The notes below the pieces were generated by a model. It ran no database searches. It was not told where the DNA came from and saw nothing but the letters and a program-made list of their open reading frames with translations. Shown piece by piece: positions 1 to 9,308 of a DNA stretch of 64,000 nt. This DNA comes from an uncultured Spirochaetota bacterium. Lineage in GTDB: Bacteria; Spirochaetota; Spirochaetia; SZUA-6; Fen-1364. Each line of letters starts with the position of its first letter. The stretch's first letter is position 1. The stretch covers positions 352,001-416,000 of the forward strand of contig CAWAHW010000007.1 in assembly GCA_963781885.1 (NCBI GenBank). Direction: 5' to 3'. Position numbers and translations under genes: made by a program.

Positions 1-46
1 GAGGATCCCGGGGGACCGCCGGAAAGCGCCTCGGGGGGACCGGCGG

Positions 47-844
47 CTACCGCATTTTCCGGCTGAGAGACGCCTGCCAGGCGTGCATGAGAATTCCAAA
101 GGCAACGGAGACATTGAGGGAGCGTTTCGCGCCCGCAAGCGGAATGCTCACCCGCCCCCGCTTGCCGTCGGCCATTCGCAGGGCCTCGGGGCTCAGACCC
201 AGCTCCTCGGAGCCCACCAGGACGACCCCTGATGCGGGAAAGTCAAACTCGTCGATCGGCGTTCCCCCCAGCTCCAATGCAAAGACATTGTCCTGCGACA
301 CCAGGTGCTCCAGGTTGCATGTCTCCCAGGGAAGGGCGTCCACGGCGCCAAGAGCCGTGCGGACTGCGCGCGGATGCGTGGGCAGGGGGGTATGCGGAGA
401 AAGAAGCATGCGCTGAGCCCCGAATGCCTCCGCCGTGCGGAAGAGGGACCCGACATTGAACGGGGAGCGTATATCCTCGAGGTAGATGGTGAAGGGGAAA
501 GGCCTGAGGCCATCCCTGTCCAGGAGGCCTGTCTCACGGTTCAAAAAGTCCCACTCCGCCGGCTCCGCGTCCAGGACGGAAAGGAGAGCATGGCGAAGGG
601 CGTTGATGCCCCTGAGGAGGACAGGGTCGTCCGCGCCTTTTTCCAGCACAGAGGCAAGGTCGGTCATGGCCTCGCGCGGGCCCGCGACATCCAGGTCGCT
701 CATGGCCTGCAGGAGCTCGCGGAGATAGCCGCGCGCGGGCGGTCGGCCCCCCGCGGCGTCCACCTCCAGGCCCTGGAGGATCCGCGCTGTCTTCCTCATG
801 CGCGTGCGCGGGGAAAGCTCGCGGAGCTTGGAAGGGGGGAACAT
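47..844 (-). CDS. TrmH/SpoU family RNA methyltransferase
   Basis: SPOUT motifs LEDIRSPFNVGSLFRTAEAFG, GSEELGL, SLNVSVA. Confidence 0.9.
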   Translation of the reverse strand: MFPPSKLRELSPRTRMRKTARILQGLEVDAAGGRPPARGYLRELLQAMSDLDVAGPREAMTDLASVLEKGADDPVLLRGINALRHALLSVLDAEPAEWDFLNRETGLLDRDGLRPFPFTIYLEDIRSPFNVGSLFRTAEAFGAQRMLLSPHTPLPTHPRAVRTALGAVDALPWETCNLEHLVSQDNVFALELGGTPIDEFDFPASGVVLVGSEELGLSPEALRMADGKRGRVSIPLAGAKRSLNVSVAFGILMHAWQASLSRKMR

Positions 845-1994
845 CTAGAATGCCGACTTGATCAGCTCGTAGATGTCTTCCGTCGAGACGACGCGTGGCA
901 GGTAGTTCATCATGTCGAAGCTGCGCGCGGCGCCGGCCACATCGATCATTTCATCCAGGGAGAGATCGAACTCGCGCAGGCGCGTGGGCAGGCCCAGGGA
1001 GGCGATCACGCGGCGCACGGCATCGATGGCCCGGGTCGGGGCCTCCACGGACGACGCATCGCTCACGTCCTCGCCCAGGAGCTTTGCCACTTGCGCGATC
1101 CTATCCCCGCGCACGTTCAGCGCGAACTCCAGGACATAGGGGAGGAGGATCGTGGAGACCCACGACTTGGGGGCCATGAACCGCGCGTTGATGGCAAAGG
1201 CGAGCGCGGAGCCGATGCCCAGCCTCGTCGTGGAGAGCCCGAGACCCAGCAGCATGCCCGGCGATGCTCGCGTTCATCCGCATGCGGATGTCATCCACGT
1301 TCTGGAGGCCGTCCTTGATGAGCACGCCAAGCATCTCGATGGCGCGGACCATGTAGGTGTCGGAGAGGAAGTTCGCCTTCGCGGAGAGGAAACCCTCGAT
1401 GCAGCACAGGAGGGTATCCATGATCGTGGTCGCCGTGTACTTCGCCGGCAGCGTGAGGCTCAGCTTGGGATCCAGGAGCGTCGCCTTCGTGATCCCCTTC
1501 TGCGTCCTGCCGATCCTTCCCGTGCGGTCCCTGCCGTCCACCAGGAGGTATTCGTCGCCGAACATGAACGGATTGCGGCAGGTGGTGGGCACTTCGATGA
1601 AGGCAAGAGGCACGGCCTGCGGCTGCACGCCCGAGAGGTAGTCGTCCATGTCGTTTTCCGCCGGAGCGGTCATGGCGATGCACTTGGCGATGGAAAGGGT
1701 GCGGGTGCCCCCCAGCCCGATGACGACATCGGCGTGGGAGCCGCGCGCCAGGGTGACACCGTCGTCCACGGTCTTGCTGGTGGCGTTGGGGACAACTTCG
1801 TCGAACACGATGTGCTGGACGCCCTTCTTTTCAAGGATGTCCTGCACCTTGTTGATGACCTTCCCCTCGTAGAGGATGGCCTCGGTGACCAGGAAGGCGC
1901 GCTCGCCGTATTCGGCCACCAGCTGGCCAATGCGATTGACGGTGTCCAGCCCGAAGATGACCCGCGTCGGGATGTGGAAAAGGACGTCCGGCAT
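845..1994 (-). CDS. Iron-containing alcohol dehydrogenase-fold protein; one frameshift near 1257, probably a sequencing indel; metal-ligand His residues absent
   Basis: N-part PTRVIFG, FDEVVPN, IGLGG, VPTT, LLDPKL joins C-part LGLPTRLREF...YLPR if one G in the run at 1257-1259 is removed; GGAGGTG RBS before ATG 1994. Confidence 0.8.
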
Positions 1995-2047
1995 GTTTTC
2001 ACTCACCTCCCACGCGGCCACGGTAGTCCGTGGCCGCGCTGGCCATG

Positions 2048-2082
2048 AAAAAAAAGCGGAGAATCCCGAAGGATACCTCCGC
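2048..2082 (-). terminator. Intrinsic terminator of flgM
   Basis: Minus strand GCGGAG-GTATCC-TTCG-GGATTCTCCGC followed by T8. Confidence 0.85.
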
Positions 2083-2106
2083 CTTCACCCCACAATGAAC
2101 GCAGGC

Positions 2107-2391
2107 TCAGATGCCGAAGGACTTCATGATCCCTTCCGCGGTTTTCTCGATGACTTCCTGCGACGGATACGAAGGATCCTGGAGCTTGCGCTTGATCTCC
2201 TCAACCCGGTCCGCGCGAACGTCCGGTGCGGTCTTTGCGGCCTCGACGGCCTTGAAAACCTCCGACTTCGAGCGCGCCTCCGAGGACACGTTGATGGAAT
2301 CGACGTCGCTCTTTGCCCGGGTCTTCGCGGGCTTGTCAGGCTTTTTGATGTTCGATGCGGGATCGAGCGGGCCTATCCTCTCAACGGTCAT
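2107..2391 (-). CDS. flgM: Anti-sigma28 factor FlgM
   Basis: 94 aa with DSINVSSEA and PDVRADRVEEIKRKL...SY pattern; sigma28-type promoter upstream. Confidence 0.88.
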   Translation of the reverse strand: MTVERIGPLDPASNIKKPDKPAKTRAKSDVDSINVSSEARSKSEVFKAVEAAKTAPDVRADRVEEIKRKLQDPSYPSQEVIEKTAEGIMKSFGI

Positions 2392-2412
2392 AGGACCTTC
2401 CTTTCACTACCC

Positions 2413-2440
2413 TTATCGACAGCCAGGAAATCCAACTTGA
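2413..2440 (-). promoter_or_regulatory. Sigma28 (FliA)-type promoter of flgM
   Basis: TCAA-N16-GTCGATAA on minus strand versus consensus TAAA-N15/16-GCCGATAA. Confidence 0.7.
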
Positions 2441-2503
2441 ACCCTTTTCCTTCTTTATAAGCGGCGCGGGCGGATTCGTCAAGATCGCCGCGCGGCGCCG
2501 CGG

Positions 2504-2995
2504 CTACAAACGTATGATTTCCACCGCCATTGTGGCGGTATCCACAAGCGCCACCGTGGCGGCATCTGCAAGATAGCCCGCGCAGGTCCCCGGGTTGAGG
2601 ATCTTTTTGTCGGTTCCCTCGACCCTTGCCTTGTGGTTGTGGCCGTAGATCACCAGGTCATAAGCGCCCAACCGGTACAGGTCGTCCGCCAGGTCTGGGT
2701 AATGCATGACGACGATGCGACGTCCTCCGAGGCTCACCGTGCTCGACCCGTCGGTAAAGGAGCAGAAATCGCCTGCGCGGCGGCCGAGAAGATAGCGGTC
2801 CCCGTCGTTATTGCCAAAAACGGCGGTCATTTTTATGCCTTTTTCCGAAAGAGGCTTGAACTCGGCAAATACAAAGGGTGAGCAGAAGTCTCCCGCATGG
2901 ATGAGAGCCTCCACGCCGTTTTTCGAAAAGATTTCCACCGCCTTGTGGATATTTGCGAGATGGTCGTGCGAGTCCGCGAGAACCCCTATTTTCAT
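2504..2995 (-). CDS. YfcE/MJ0936-family metallophosphoesterase
   Basis: DSHD, HAGD, GNND, H, GHNH, NPG calcineurin-like motifs. Confidence 0.9.
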   Translation of the reverse strand: MKIGVLADSHDHLANIHKAVEIFSKNGVEALIHAGDFCSPFVFAEFKPLSEKGIKMTAVFGNNDGDRYLLGRRAGDFCSFTDGSSTVSLGGRRIVVMHYPDLADDLYRLGAYDLVIYGHNHKARVEGTDKKILNPGTCAGYLADAATVALVDTATMAVEIIRL

Positions 2996-3171
2996 CACCA
3001 GCCTCGAGTGAAGATACCCATTTCTCACACTATCGGCGCGGAGCGTCGATACTGAAAGGCCGAGCGCCGCCCGCGGCGTGGAACGACAGCCCTCGATCCG
3101 TCATGGGCCGGCTTCGCCTTCACCGGCGACCGTTTCTTTACACCCGACCGGGCGCCTGCTACACTCCGCCC

Positions 3172-3960
3172 ATGAAAAGGATCGGCATCGTCGGTTATGG
3201 GATCATGGGACAGGCATTCGCCGCGGGCCTTGCGCGCAGGATGCCCCAGGTGCCCATCGTTGCATTCGACGTCAAACGCGACAGCGTGGAGGCCGCCGCC
3301 CGCGCGGGAACCCTCACCGCCGCACGGACCGCCTCGGAGGTGTTTTCCTCCACCGACATTGCCATCCTGAGCGTGAAGCCGCAGGACCTGAATGTCCTTG
3401 CCGCGGAGGTGAGGGACGCCTCCCGGGGCAGGCCGGTCATCTCCATTCTCGCGGGCCGGCGCATCCAGTCGCTCTGCGATCTGCTGGGTACCGACCAGGT
3501 CGCGCGCTTCATGCCCACCCTCGCCGCCGTCAAAGGCGCGTCGCTCGTCGGTGTCGCCTTCCACGCCGCGGCCTCCGCGCAGCTCCGCCAGGATGCCCTT
3601 TCGATTGCCGACGCGCTGGGAAGCCATCTGGAAATTCCTGAAAAGCTCATGTCTGCCATGACGGGCGTCTCCGGCTCGGGGCTCGCCTACGTGCTTCAGT
3701 TCGTCCACGCCATGGCGCAGGGCGGCGTCGCGTCGGGCTTCGACTACCCGACCGCGCTCGCCGTCGCCGTTGCCGGCCTGGAGGGAGCCGCGAGCCTTCT
3801 GAAGGACGGCACGCATCCCCTGGAGCTCGTGAGCCGCGTTACCTCCCCTGCGGGGACGACCATCCAGGGCGTCCGGGCCCTGGAGCGGGGCGGGTTCACG
3901 GCCACGGTGATGGAAGCCGTGGAGGCGGCGGCGCGCAAAGCCACCGAGTTCGAAGGATAG
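3172..3960 (+). CDS. proC: Pyrroline-5-carboxylate reductase
   Basis: GYGIMG, VKPQ, RFMPT, SGSG, VTSPAGTTIQG. Confidence 0.93.
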   Translation: MKRIGIVGYGIMGQAFAAGLARRMPQVPIVAFDVKRDSVEAAARAGTLTAARTASEVFSSTDIAILSVKPQDLNVLAAEVRDASRGRPVISILAGRRIQSLCDLLGTDQVARFMPTLAAVKGASLVGVAFHAAASAQLRQDALSIADALGSHLEIPEKLMSAMTGVSGSGLAYVLQFVHAMAQGGVASGFDYPTALAVAVAGLEGAASLLKDGTHPLELVSRVTSPAGTTIQGVRALERGGFTATVMEAVEAAARKATEFEG

Positions 3961-4003
3961 GCTTCCTTCCCGCCGCGCGCGGCGTCTGGCGAAGCGCGCA
4001 CCG

Positions 4004-4032
4004 TTGCCAGAGCCCGTTCTCTCCGCTATGAT
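4004..4032 (+). promoter_or_regulatory. Sigma70 promoter, probably giving leaderless serS mRNA
   Basis: TTGCCA-17-TATGAT, 6 nt before ATG 4039, no SD. Confidence 0.65.
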
Positions 4033-4038
4033 CGGAAA

Positions 4039-5316
4039 ATGCTCGACCTGAAGTTCATCCGTGACAACATCGATGCGGTCCGCCTGAACGTGAAGCACCG
4101 CCACGTCGCGGCCGATCCCGACCTTGTCGTGCGCCTCTACGACCGGCGCAACCAGCTCCTGAAGGAGCTGGAAGGCCTGCGCGCCTCGCGCAATGCGAAC
4201 GCGGACCGCATGAAGGGAAAGCTCAGCCCCGAGGAGCGTGCCCCCCTGGTAGAGGAGGGCAGGCGGCTGAAGGAATCCATCGCGGAGCTGGAAAAGCGCA
4301 ACGAGGAGACCGAGAAGACCCTCACAGAGGAAGCGCTGAAGATCCCGAACATGTCACACCCGTCGGCTCCCATCGCCGAAGGGGAGGCGGGAAATGCCCA
4401 GCTTCGCACGTGGGGCACTCCGCCGGCTTTTTCCTTTGCCGCGCGGGACCACGTGCAGCTCGGGCAGTCGCTGGACCTCATCGACTTCGAGACGGGCGCA
4501 AAAGTCGCGGGGCAGAAGTTCTACTACTTGAAAAATCAGGCGGTGATCCTGGAGCTCGCCCTGGTGCGCTACGCGGTGGACGCCCTCATGCGTGAAGGAT
4601 TCACGCCCATGATGACGCCGGACGTGGCGCGGGAGGAGATCGTCGCCGGTCATGGCTTCAATCCCCGCGGGCCCGAGAGCAACATCTATCCCGTGGAGGG
4701 GACGGACCTGTGCCTTATCGCCACGGCGGAGTTCACGCTCGGCGGTTACCACGCCGGTCGGGTCTTCACGCCGGACCAGCTTCCCCTCAAGCTCGCGGGT
4801 GTCTCCCATTGCTTCCGACGCGAAGCGGGGGCAGCGGGGCAGTTCTCCAAGGGACTCTATCGCGTGCACCAGTTCACGAAGGTGGAGATGTTCGCGTTCT
4901 GTCTGCCCGCGGAATCGGAGGCCATGCTGGACCGGCTCATCGGCGTGGAGGAAAAAATCTTCCAGGGGCTGGAGATTCCTTACCGAATCGTGGACACCTG
5001 CACGGGAGACCTCGGCGGACCGGCCTACAGGAAATTCGACATCGAGGCGTGGATGCCCGGGCGTGGTGAGAAGGGCGAATGGGGGGAAATCACCAGTGCG
5101 TCGAACTGCACGGACTACCAGGCGCGGCGCCTGGGCATCCGGTACAAGGAGCAGGGCGGCAAGAACCCCTTCGTCCACACGCTGAACGGAACGGCGCTTG
5201 CCGTCTCACGGACGCTGATCGCGCTGATGGAGAACTTCCAGCAGCAGGATGGAAGCATCGCGCTGCCGGCATCTTTGGCTGCCTATACGGGATTCAAGGA
5301 GATAAAGGCGATATGA
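4039..5316 (+). CDS. serS: Serine--tRNA ligase
   Basis: MLDLKFIR start, TAE, FRREAG, GLYRVHQFTKVE, HTLNGTALA. Confidence 0.98.
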   Translation: MLDLKFIRDNIDAVRLNVKHRHVAADPDLVVRLYDRRNQLLKELEGLRASRNANADRMKGKLSPEERAPLVEEGRRLKESIAELEKRNEETEKTLTEEALKIPNMSHPSAPIAEGEAGNAQLRTWGTPPAFSFAARDHVQLGQSLDLIDFETGAKVAGQKFYYLKNQAVILELALVRYAVDALMREGFTPMMTPDVAREEIVAGHGFNPRGPESNIYPVEGTDLCLIATAEFTLGGYHAGRVFTPDQLPLKLAGVSHCFRREAGAAGQFSKGLYRVHQFTKVEMFAFCLPAESEAMLDRLIGVEEKIFQGLEIPYRIVDTCTGDLGGPAYRKFDIEAWMPGRGEKGEWGEITSASNCTDYQARRLGIRYKEQGGKNPFVHTLNGTALAVSRTLIALMENFQQQDGSIALPASLAAYTGFKEIKAI

Positions 5317-5318
5317 GC

Positions 5319-5348
5319 AAGGCCGCGGGCGTCCCGCGGCCTTTTCTT
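5319..5348 (+). terminator. Intrinsic terminator after serS
   Basis: AAGGCCGCGGG-CGT-CCCGCGGCCTT then TTCTT. Confidence 0.8.
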
Positions 5349-5367
5349 GTCAGCGTGAACCGGGCCG

Positions 5368-5580
5368 TTACTTTGTCATCTGCGCGAGGTTGCCGACCAG
5401 GAGCGTCTGGTAGTCCTTGAAAGTGTACGGCCGGCGTGCCTTCATCTGCTGCCTCGTGACGTCCCAGAGCTCTTCCTGGCAGGGGACGCAGAGCTCCTTG
5501 TCCAGGACGACATGGTAGTTGACGTCCTTGCGTGCCCCGGGTACCGCCTTCTTGCAGACATCACACACGATCGCTGTCAT
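5368..5580 (-). CDS. Small (70 aa) putative zinc-binding protein
   Basis: MTAIVCDVCKK...ELCVPCQ (two CxxC); AAGGAGAG RBS; TCGACA-17-TACTAT promoter upstream. Confidence 0.7.
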   Translation of the reverse strand: MTAIVCDVCKKAVPGARKDVNYHVVLDKELCVPCQEELWDVTRQQMKARRPYTFKDYQTLLVGNLAQMTK

Positions 5581-5672
5581 GTTCACTCTCCTTGCAAGTC
5601 GTTGTCTTATAGTAAAGAAAAACCCGGCGGTTGTCGATAGCGGGTCCGACCGGATGATGCGCAGCGGCCGCA

Positions 5673-5789
5673 GCACGGCGTACCGTGCATGCAAACGCAC
5701 GGCGTACCGTGCATGCAAACGCACGGCGTACCGTGCATGCAAACGCACGGCGTACCGTGCATGCAAACGCACGGCGTACCGTGCATGCA
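5673..5789. repeat. Tandem array of 24-bp palindromic units (4 full + 21-bp fifth)
   Basis: Unit GCACGGCGTACCGTGCATGCAAAC at 5673, 5697, 5721, 5745, 5769; identical copies, no spacers. Confidence 0.97.
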
Positions 5790-5849
5790 GTGGACGCATC
5801 CGGGCAATTCTGTGTACCCTTAGGTCCGGGTCGGAGAGAGGGGATTGAA

Positions 5850-6953
5850 ATGACCGATGCGCTGGAGAGGCTGAAAGAGGAGAATATTCCCTTTCTGCTC
5901 TGCGGATATTCCTCTCTGGACCGGTACTTTCGCATGCCCGAGACGGGCCCCCTCTACCTCGCCATTGATTCCTCCCTTGTATCCCTTGCGAAAGCATTCG
6001 ACGACCTGCAATTTCCGGGCCTCCCCCTGGAGGACGCCAGCGTCCAGGCCGATGGACGGCGCCTGGTGTTCCGGTGCGTCGACTCACTCGCCGTTCCGCC
6101 GAGCGCGCCCTTCAGCGTGCTGCGGCTGCTCTATGACCCCGGGCGCAACGCCTTCATCGACAGGATCGATCTCTACCCCGACCTGCGGGCCGGGACACTT
6201 GGGGGCACGTCCGTCTCCAGCGAGGCGCCCCGCTGGCTCGCGCTCTGCGAGGCGGCGCGCCTCGTGTCGCGCTATCACTACACCGCCGACCCGCTCGCCC
6301 TTGGCTGGGGTAAAGGCGACGAGCTGCCCCCGCCGGCCTATCAGCGCGACCTCCTGATCGGCCTGCTGGGCTCGCGCAATCCGCACAAGGGGCTGGAGCT
6401 GCTGGAGGCCGCGGGCTTCGTCGCGGAAACATGGCCCGAGCTCTACGACATGACCCGCGTGCCGCAGGGAAAGGACTTCCATCCCGACGGCAACGTCTGG
6501 GAACATACCCTGGCGACGCTGACGTACCGCAAGCGCCCCGACGTTCTGCTCTCTCTTGCCCTCGTCCTACACGATTGCGGCAAGCCCCATGCGGAGGGCT
6601 CCAAGGAAAAGCGATTCGACGGTCACGCCGAGATCGGCGCGCGCATCGCGACGCGCTTCCTCCGTCGGCTGGGCTTCCCGCAGGAGACGATCTCATCGGT
6701 GGAGTTCCTCGTGCGCTTCCACATGATGCCGCCCGCGCTGAAGAGCCTGCCGTCATTCCGCACCGACCCCATCCTGGCCTCTCCGCTTTTTCCGCAGCTT
6801 CTGGAGCTCTACCGCGCGGACGCGGCCTCCTGCTACGCCGACGAGGAGGGCTACTACGAGGCCTGCCGGATCTACAAGGCGTGGCAAAAGGACCGGGGGA
6901 ATCCGTTCATCGTGGAGAAGCAGCGCCGCCAGCGCGCGCGCATGCGCCGCTAG
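5850..6953 (+). CDS. HD-domain protein related to CCA-adding enzyme, with degenerate nucleotidyltransferase head
   Basis: PEL...VPQGKDFHPDGNVWEHT, VLHDCGK, FDGHAEIGA, LVRFHM match the HD region of class II tRNA nucleotidyltransferases; N-terminal GG/RD/DxD signature missing. Confidence 0.8.
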   Translation: MTDALERLKEENIPFLLCGYSSLDRYFRMPETGPLYLAIDSSLVSLAKAFDDLQFPGLPLEDASVQADGRRLVFRCVDSLAVPPSAPFSVLRLLYDPGRNAFIDRIDLYPDLRAGTLGGTSVSSEAPRWLALCEAARLVSRYHYTADPLALGWGKGDELPPPAYQRDLLIGLLGSRNPHKGLELLEAAGFVAETWPELYDMTRVPQGKDFHPDGNVWEHTLATLTYRKRPDVLLSLALVLHDCGKPHAEGSKEKRFDGHAEIGARIATRFLRRLGFPQETISSVEFLVRFHMMPPALKSLPSFRTDPILASPLFPQLLELYRADAASCYADEEGYYEACRIYKAWQKDRGNPFIVEKQRRQRARMRR

Positions 6954-7014
6954 CGCGCGGACTCTGCGCGCCCGCGTGCGCCGCCAAGCCGGCGGGCGCC
7001 GCGCGGCCTACGGA

Positions 7015-8349
7015 TCAGCCGAATGTCCGCAAGAGATAGTCTGAAAGCTCCGGCAGCGTCGTTCCCAGGCGCACCGCCTGCTTGGGCAGGCCGAGACAGC
7101 GCGCGAGCCTTTCGGGCATCTCAGGAAGCCTGCCTGTCGCCCTCTGGACGATTTCGGAGAACTTCGCGGGGTGCGCCGTGGAGAGAACGATCACCCGCGG
7201 CGATTCCGGCCCGCCGCGCGCGCCCGAGGCTGCGGCCGACTCCAGATGGTCCAGAGCGGCGGCGACCCCCACGGCGGTGTGCGGGTCCAGCATCTGCCCG
7301 TGCTCGTTGTAAATCCGTTTCATCGTTTCCAGGGTGCGGATGTCGGTGATCGCACGGCCCTCTATCCTATCCGCCATGCCCTCCCAGCTCCCCTGGAATA
7401 TCTCCACCAGCCGCTCGAAGTTGCTCGGATTGCCGACGTCCATGGCGTTGGAAAGCGTCCGCGCCGACGGCCGCGGATTGAACCTGCCGCTGTCGAGGTA
7501 CACGGGGACGACGTCGTTGACATTCGTCGCGGCGATGAAACCGGAAACGGGCAGGCCCCAGCGCCATGCAAGGACGCCGGCCGTGAGATTCCCAAAATTG
7601 CCGCTGGGCACGCAGATCGTCGGCGCCGTCTTGCCGAGCGCGCTCCGCCGCGTCCCCGCGAAAATATAGTACAGGCATTGGGGCAGGAGCCGCCCGATAT
7701 TGATGGAGTTTGCCGACGTGAGCTTCAGGCGCCCGCGCAGCACCCGGTCCTGGAATGCCTCCTTGACCAGGCGCTGGCAGTCGTCGAAGCTTCCCGCCAC
7801 CTCCAAAGCGTGGACGTTTCCGCCCATCGTCGTCAGCTGCTTTTCCTGCAGCTCGCTCACCCGGCCCGAGGGATAGAGGATGATGACGTCGATGTTCCTG
7901 CGTCCATGGAATGCATGCGCGACCGCGCTGCCCGTGTCCCCGGAGGTCGCCACGAGGACCTGTATTCTTTCCGTGCTCTGCCGGAGGAACTCCTCCATTG
8001 ACGCGGCGAGGAACTGGGCGCCGAAATCCTTGAATGCGCAGGTGGGGCCGTGGAAAAGCTCGAGGAGCAGGATGCGGTCATTCAGCTTTTTGAGCACCGG
8101 CGCAAACGGGAATGCCGCGCGGGCAAGACCCTTCGCCTGTGCCTCGCCGAGCTCGGGGCCAAGGAGCGCCGCGCTCACCTCCCCCGCCACGTCGACAAAG
8201 GAATGCGCGTCATCCAGCCGGGCGATGAGGGGGCCGAGGTCCGGAGCTTCCACGGGATGATAGAGCCCGCCGTCAGGAGCAAGCCCCGTGAAAAGCGCGT
8301 CCCGGAAACTGACGGCGCTCTGCGGATGCGCCCGACTTGCGAATTTCAC
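7015..8349 (-). CDS. thrC: Threonine synthase
   Basis: GLAPDGGLY, LELFHGPTCAFKDFG, ATSGDTG, PSGNFGN, TAHPAKF. Confidence 0.97.
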   Translation of the reverse strand: MKFASRAHPQSAVSFRDALFTGLAPDGGLYHPVEAPDLGPLIARLDDAHSFVDVAGEVSAALLGPELGEAQAKGLARAAFPFAPVLKKLNDRILLLELFHGPTCAFKDFGAQFLAASMEEFLRQSTERIQVLVATSGDTGSAVAHAFHGRRNIDVIILYPSGRVSELQEKQLTTMGGNVHALEVAGSFDDCQRLVKEAFQDRVLRGRLKLTSANSINIGRLLPQCLYYIFAGTRRSALGKTAPTICVPSGNFGNLTAGVLAWRWGLPVSGFIAATNVNDVVPVYLDSGRFNPRPSARTLSNAMDVGNPSNFERLVEIFQGSWEGMADRIEGRAITDIRTLETMKRIYNEHGQMLDPHTAVGVAAALDHLESAAASGARGGPESPRVIVLSTAHPAKFSEIVQRATGRLPEMPERLARCLGLPKQAVRLGTTLPELSDYLLRTFG

Positions 8350-9305
8350 CCGGCGCCCCCGCGCTCCATCGGCACGACGACCGGGCCCCGGGGGTTGACG
8401 GCGGAAAGATAGAGGTCCGACGCGAGACCCGCCTTCTGGAAGGCATCGGCCATTGCGCGGCCCGCGGCCGCGGAAAGCTCCGGGCTGGCGCAGAGGGCGA
8501 AGACCGAAGGGCCCGAGCCGGAGATGGAGCAGCCCAGCGCGCCGGCTTCCAGCGCGGCCGCTTTCACCGCGGGAAAGCCGGGGATGAGGAATGACCGCGC
8601 GGGCTCCGCCACGACGTCCTGCAGCGATCTGCCCAGGAGGCTCAGGTCACCCGTGTACAGGGCGGCGACCAGCGCGGCGAGATTGCCCCACTGCCGGGTG
8701 GCATCCGACAGGCGTATTTCCTTTTTCAGGACGCGCCGCGCGTCCTCCGTGCGAAGCTCGGTGTGGGGATGCGCGACCGCGCAGGAAAGGCCGGCGGGCA
8801 CCGGAAGCTGCACGATGTCCAGCGGCTGGTAGCTCCTGATGAGCACGAATCCGCCCAGGAGGGCGGGGGCGACATTGTCGGCGTGCGCCGAGCCGCATGC
8901 CACGCGCTCCGCCTCCATGGTGAAGGGCAGGAGGTCACGACGGGAAAGAGGCTCCCCCGCGAGCATATTCGCCGCCACCACGGCAGCAACCGCGCTTGCC
9001 GCGGAGCTTCCCAGGCCCGAGCTCAGCGGCATCCTCTTCTCAAGGCTGATCTCCACGCCGAACGGGTTTCCGATCCTGTCGAGGAAACCGGACACGGCGA
9101 CGGCGGAAGTATTCTTGCGCGGGTCCGTGGGAAGCTTGCCGTCATCACCGGTAATCGAGACGACGCGTATGCCCTTCTCCTGCGTGCGCACCAGGAGCGC
9201 CGCGTCCCCCGGCGTCTCCAGCGCAAAGCCCAGGACGTCGAAACCCGAGGCGACATTTGCCACGGTGGCCGGGGCGAAGACGCGGATGCGGTCGGGGTGC
9301 GCCAT
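8346..9305 (-). CDS. thrB: Homoserine kinase
   Basis: APATVANVASGFDVLG, PLSSGLGSSAAS, HADNVAP, SGSGPS. Confidence 0.96.
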   Translation of the reverse strand: MAHPDRIRVFAPATVANVASGFDVLGFALETPGDAALLVRTQEKGIRVVSITGDDGKLPTDPRKNTSAVAVSGFLDRIGNPFGVEISLEKRMPLSSGLGSSAASAVAAVVAANMLAGEPLSRRDLLPFTMEAERVACGSAHADNVAPALLGGFVLIRSYQPLDIVQLPVPAGLSCAVAHPHTELRTEDARRVLKKEIRLSDATRQWGNLAALVAALYTGDLSLLGRSLQDVVAEPARSFLIPGFPAVKAAALEAGALGCSISGSGPSVFALCASPELSAAAGRAMADAFQKAGLASDLYLSAVNPRGPVVVPMERGGAG

Positions 9306-9308
9306 GCC

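Noticed and set aside
5673-5789. CRISPR array
   Set aside because: Units are directly adjacent with no unique spacers, and no cas genes are in the window
5368-6087. Repeat-containing ORFs (RYAVRLHA, HANARRTV, CVCMHGTP peptides)
   Set aside because: Products of a stop-free 24-bp repeat; better starts with RBS exist at 5580 (-) and 5850 (+)
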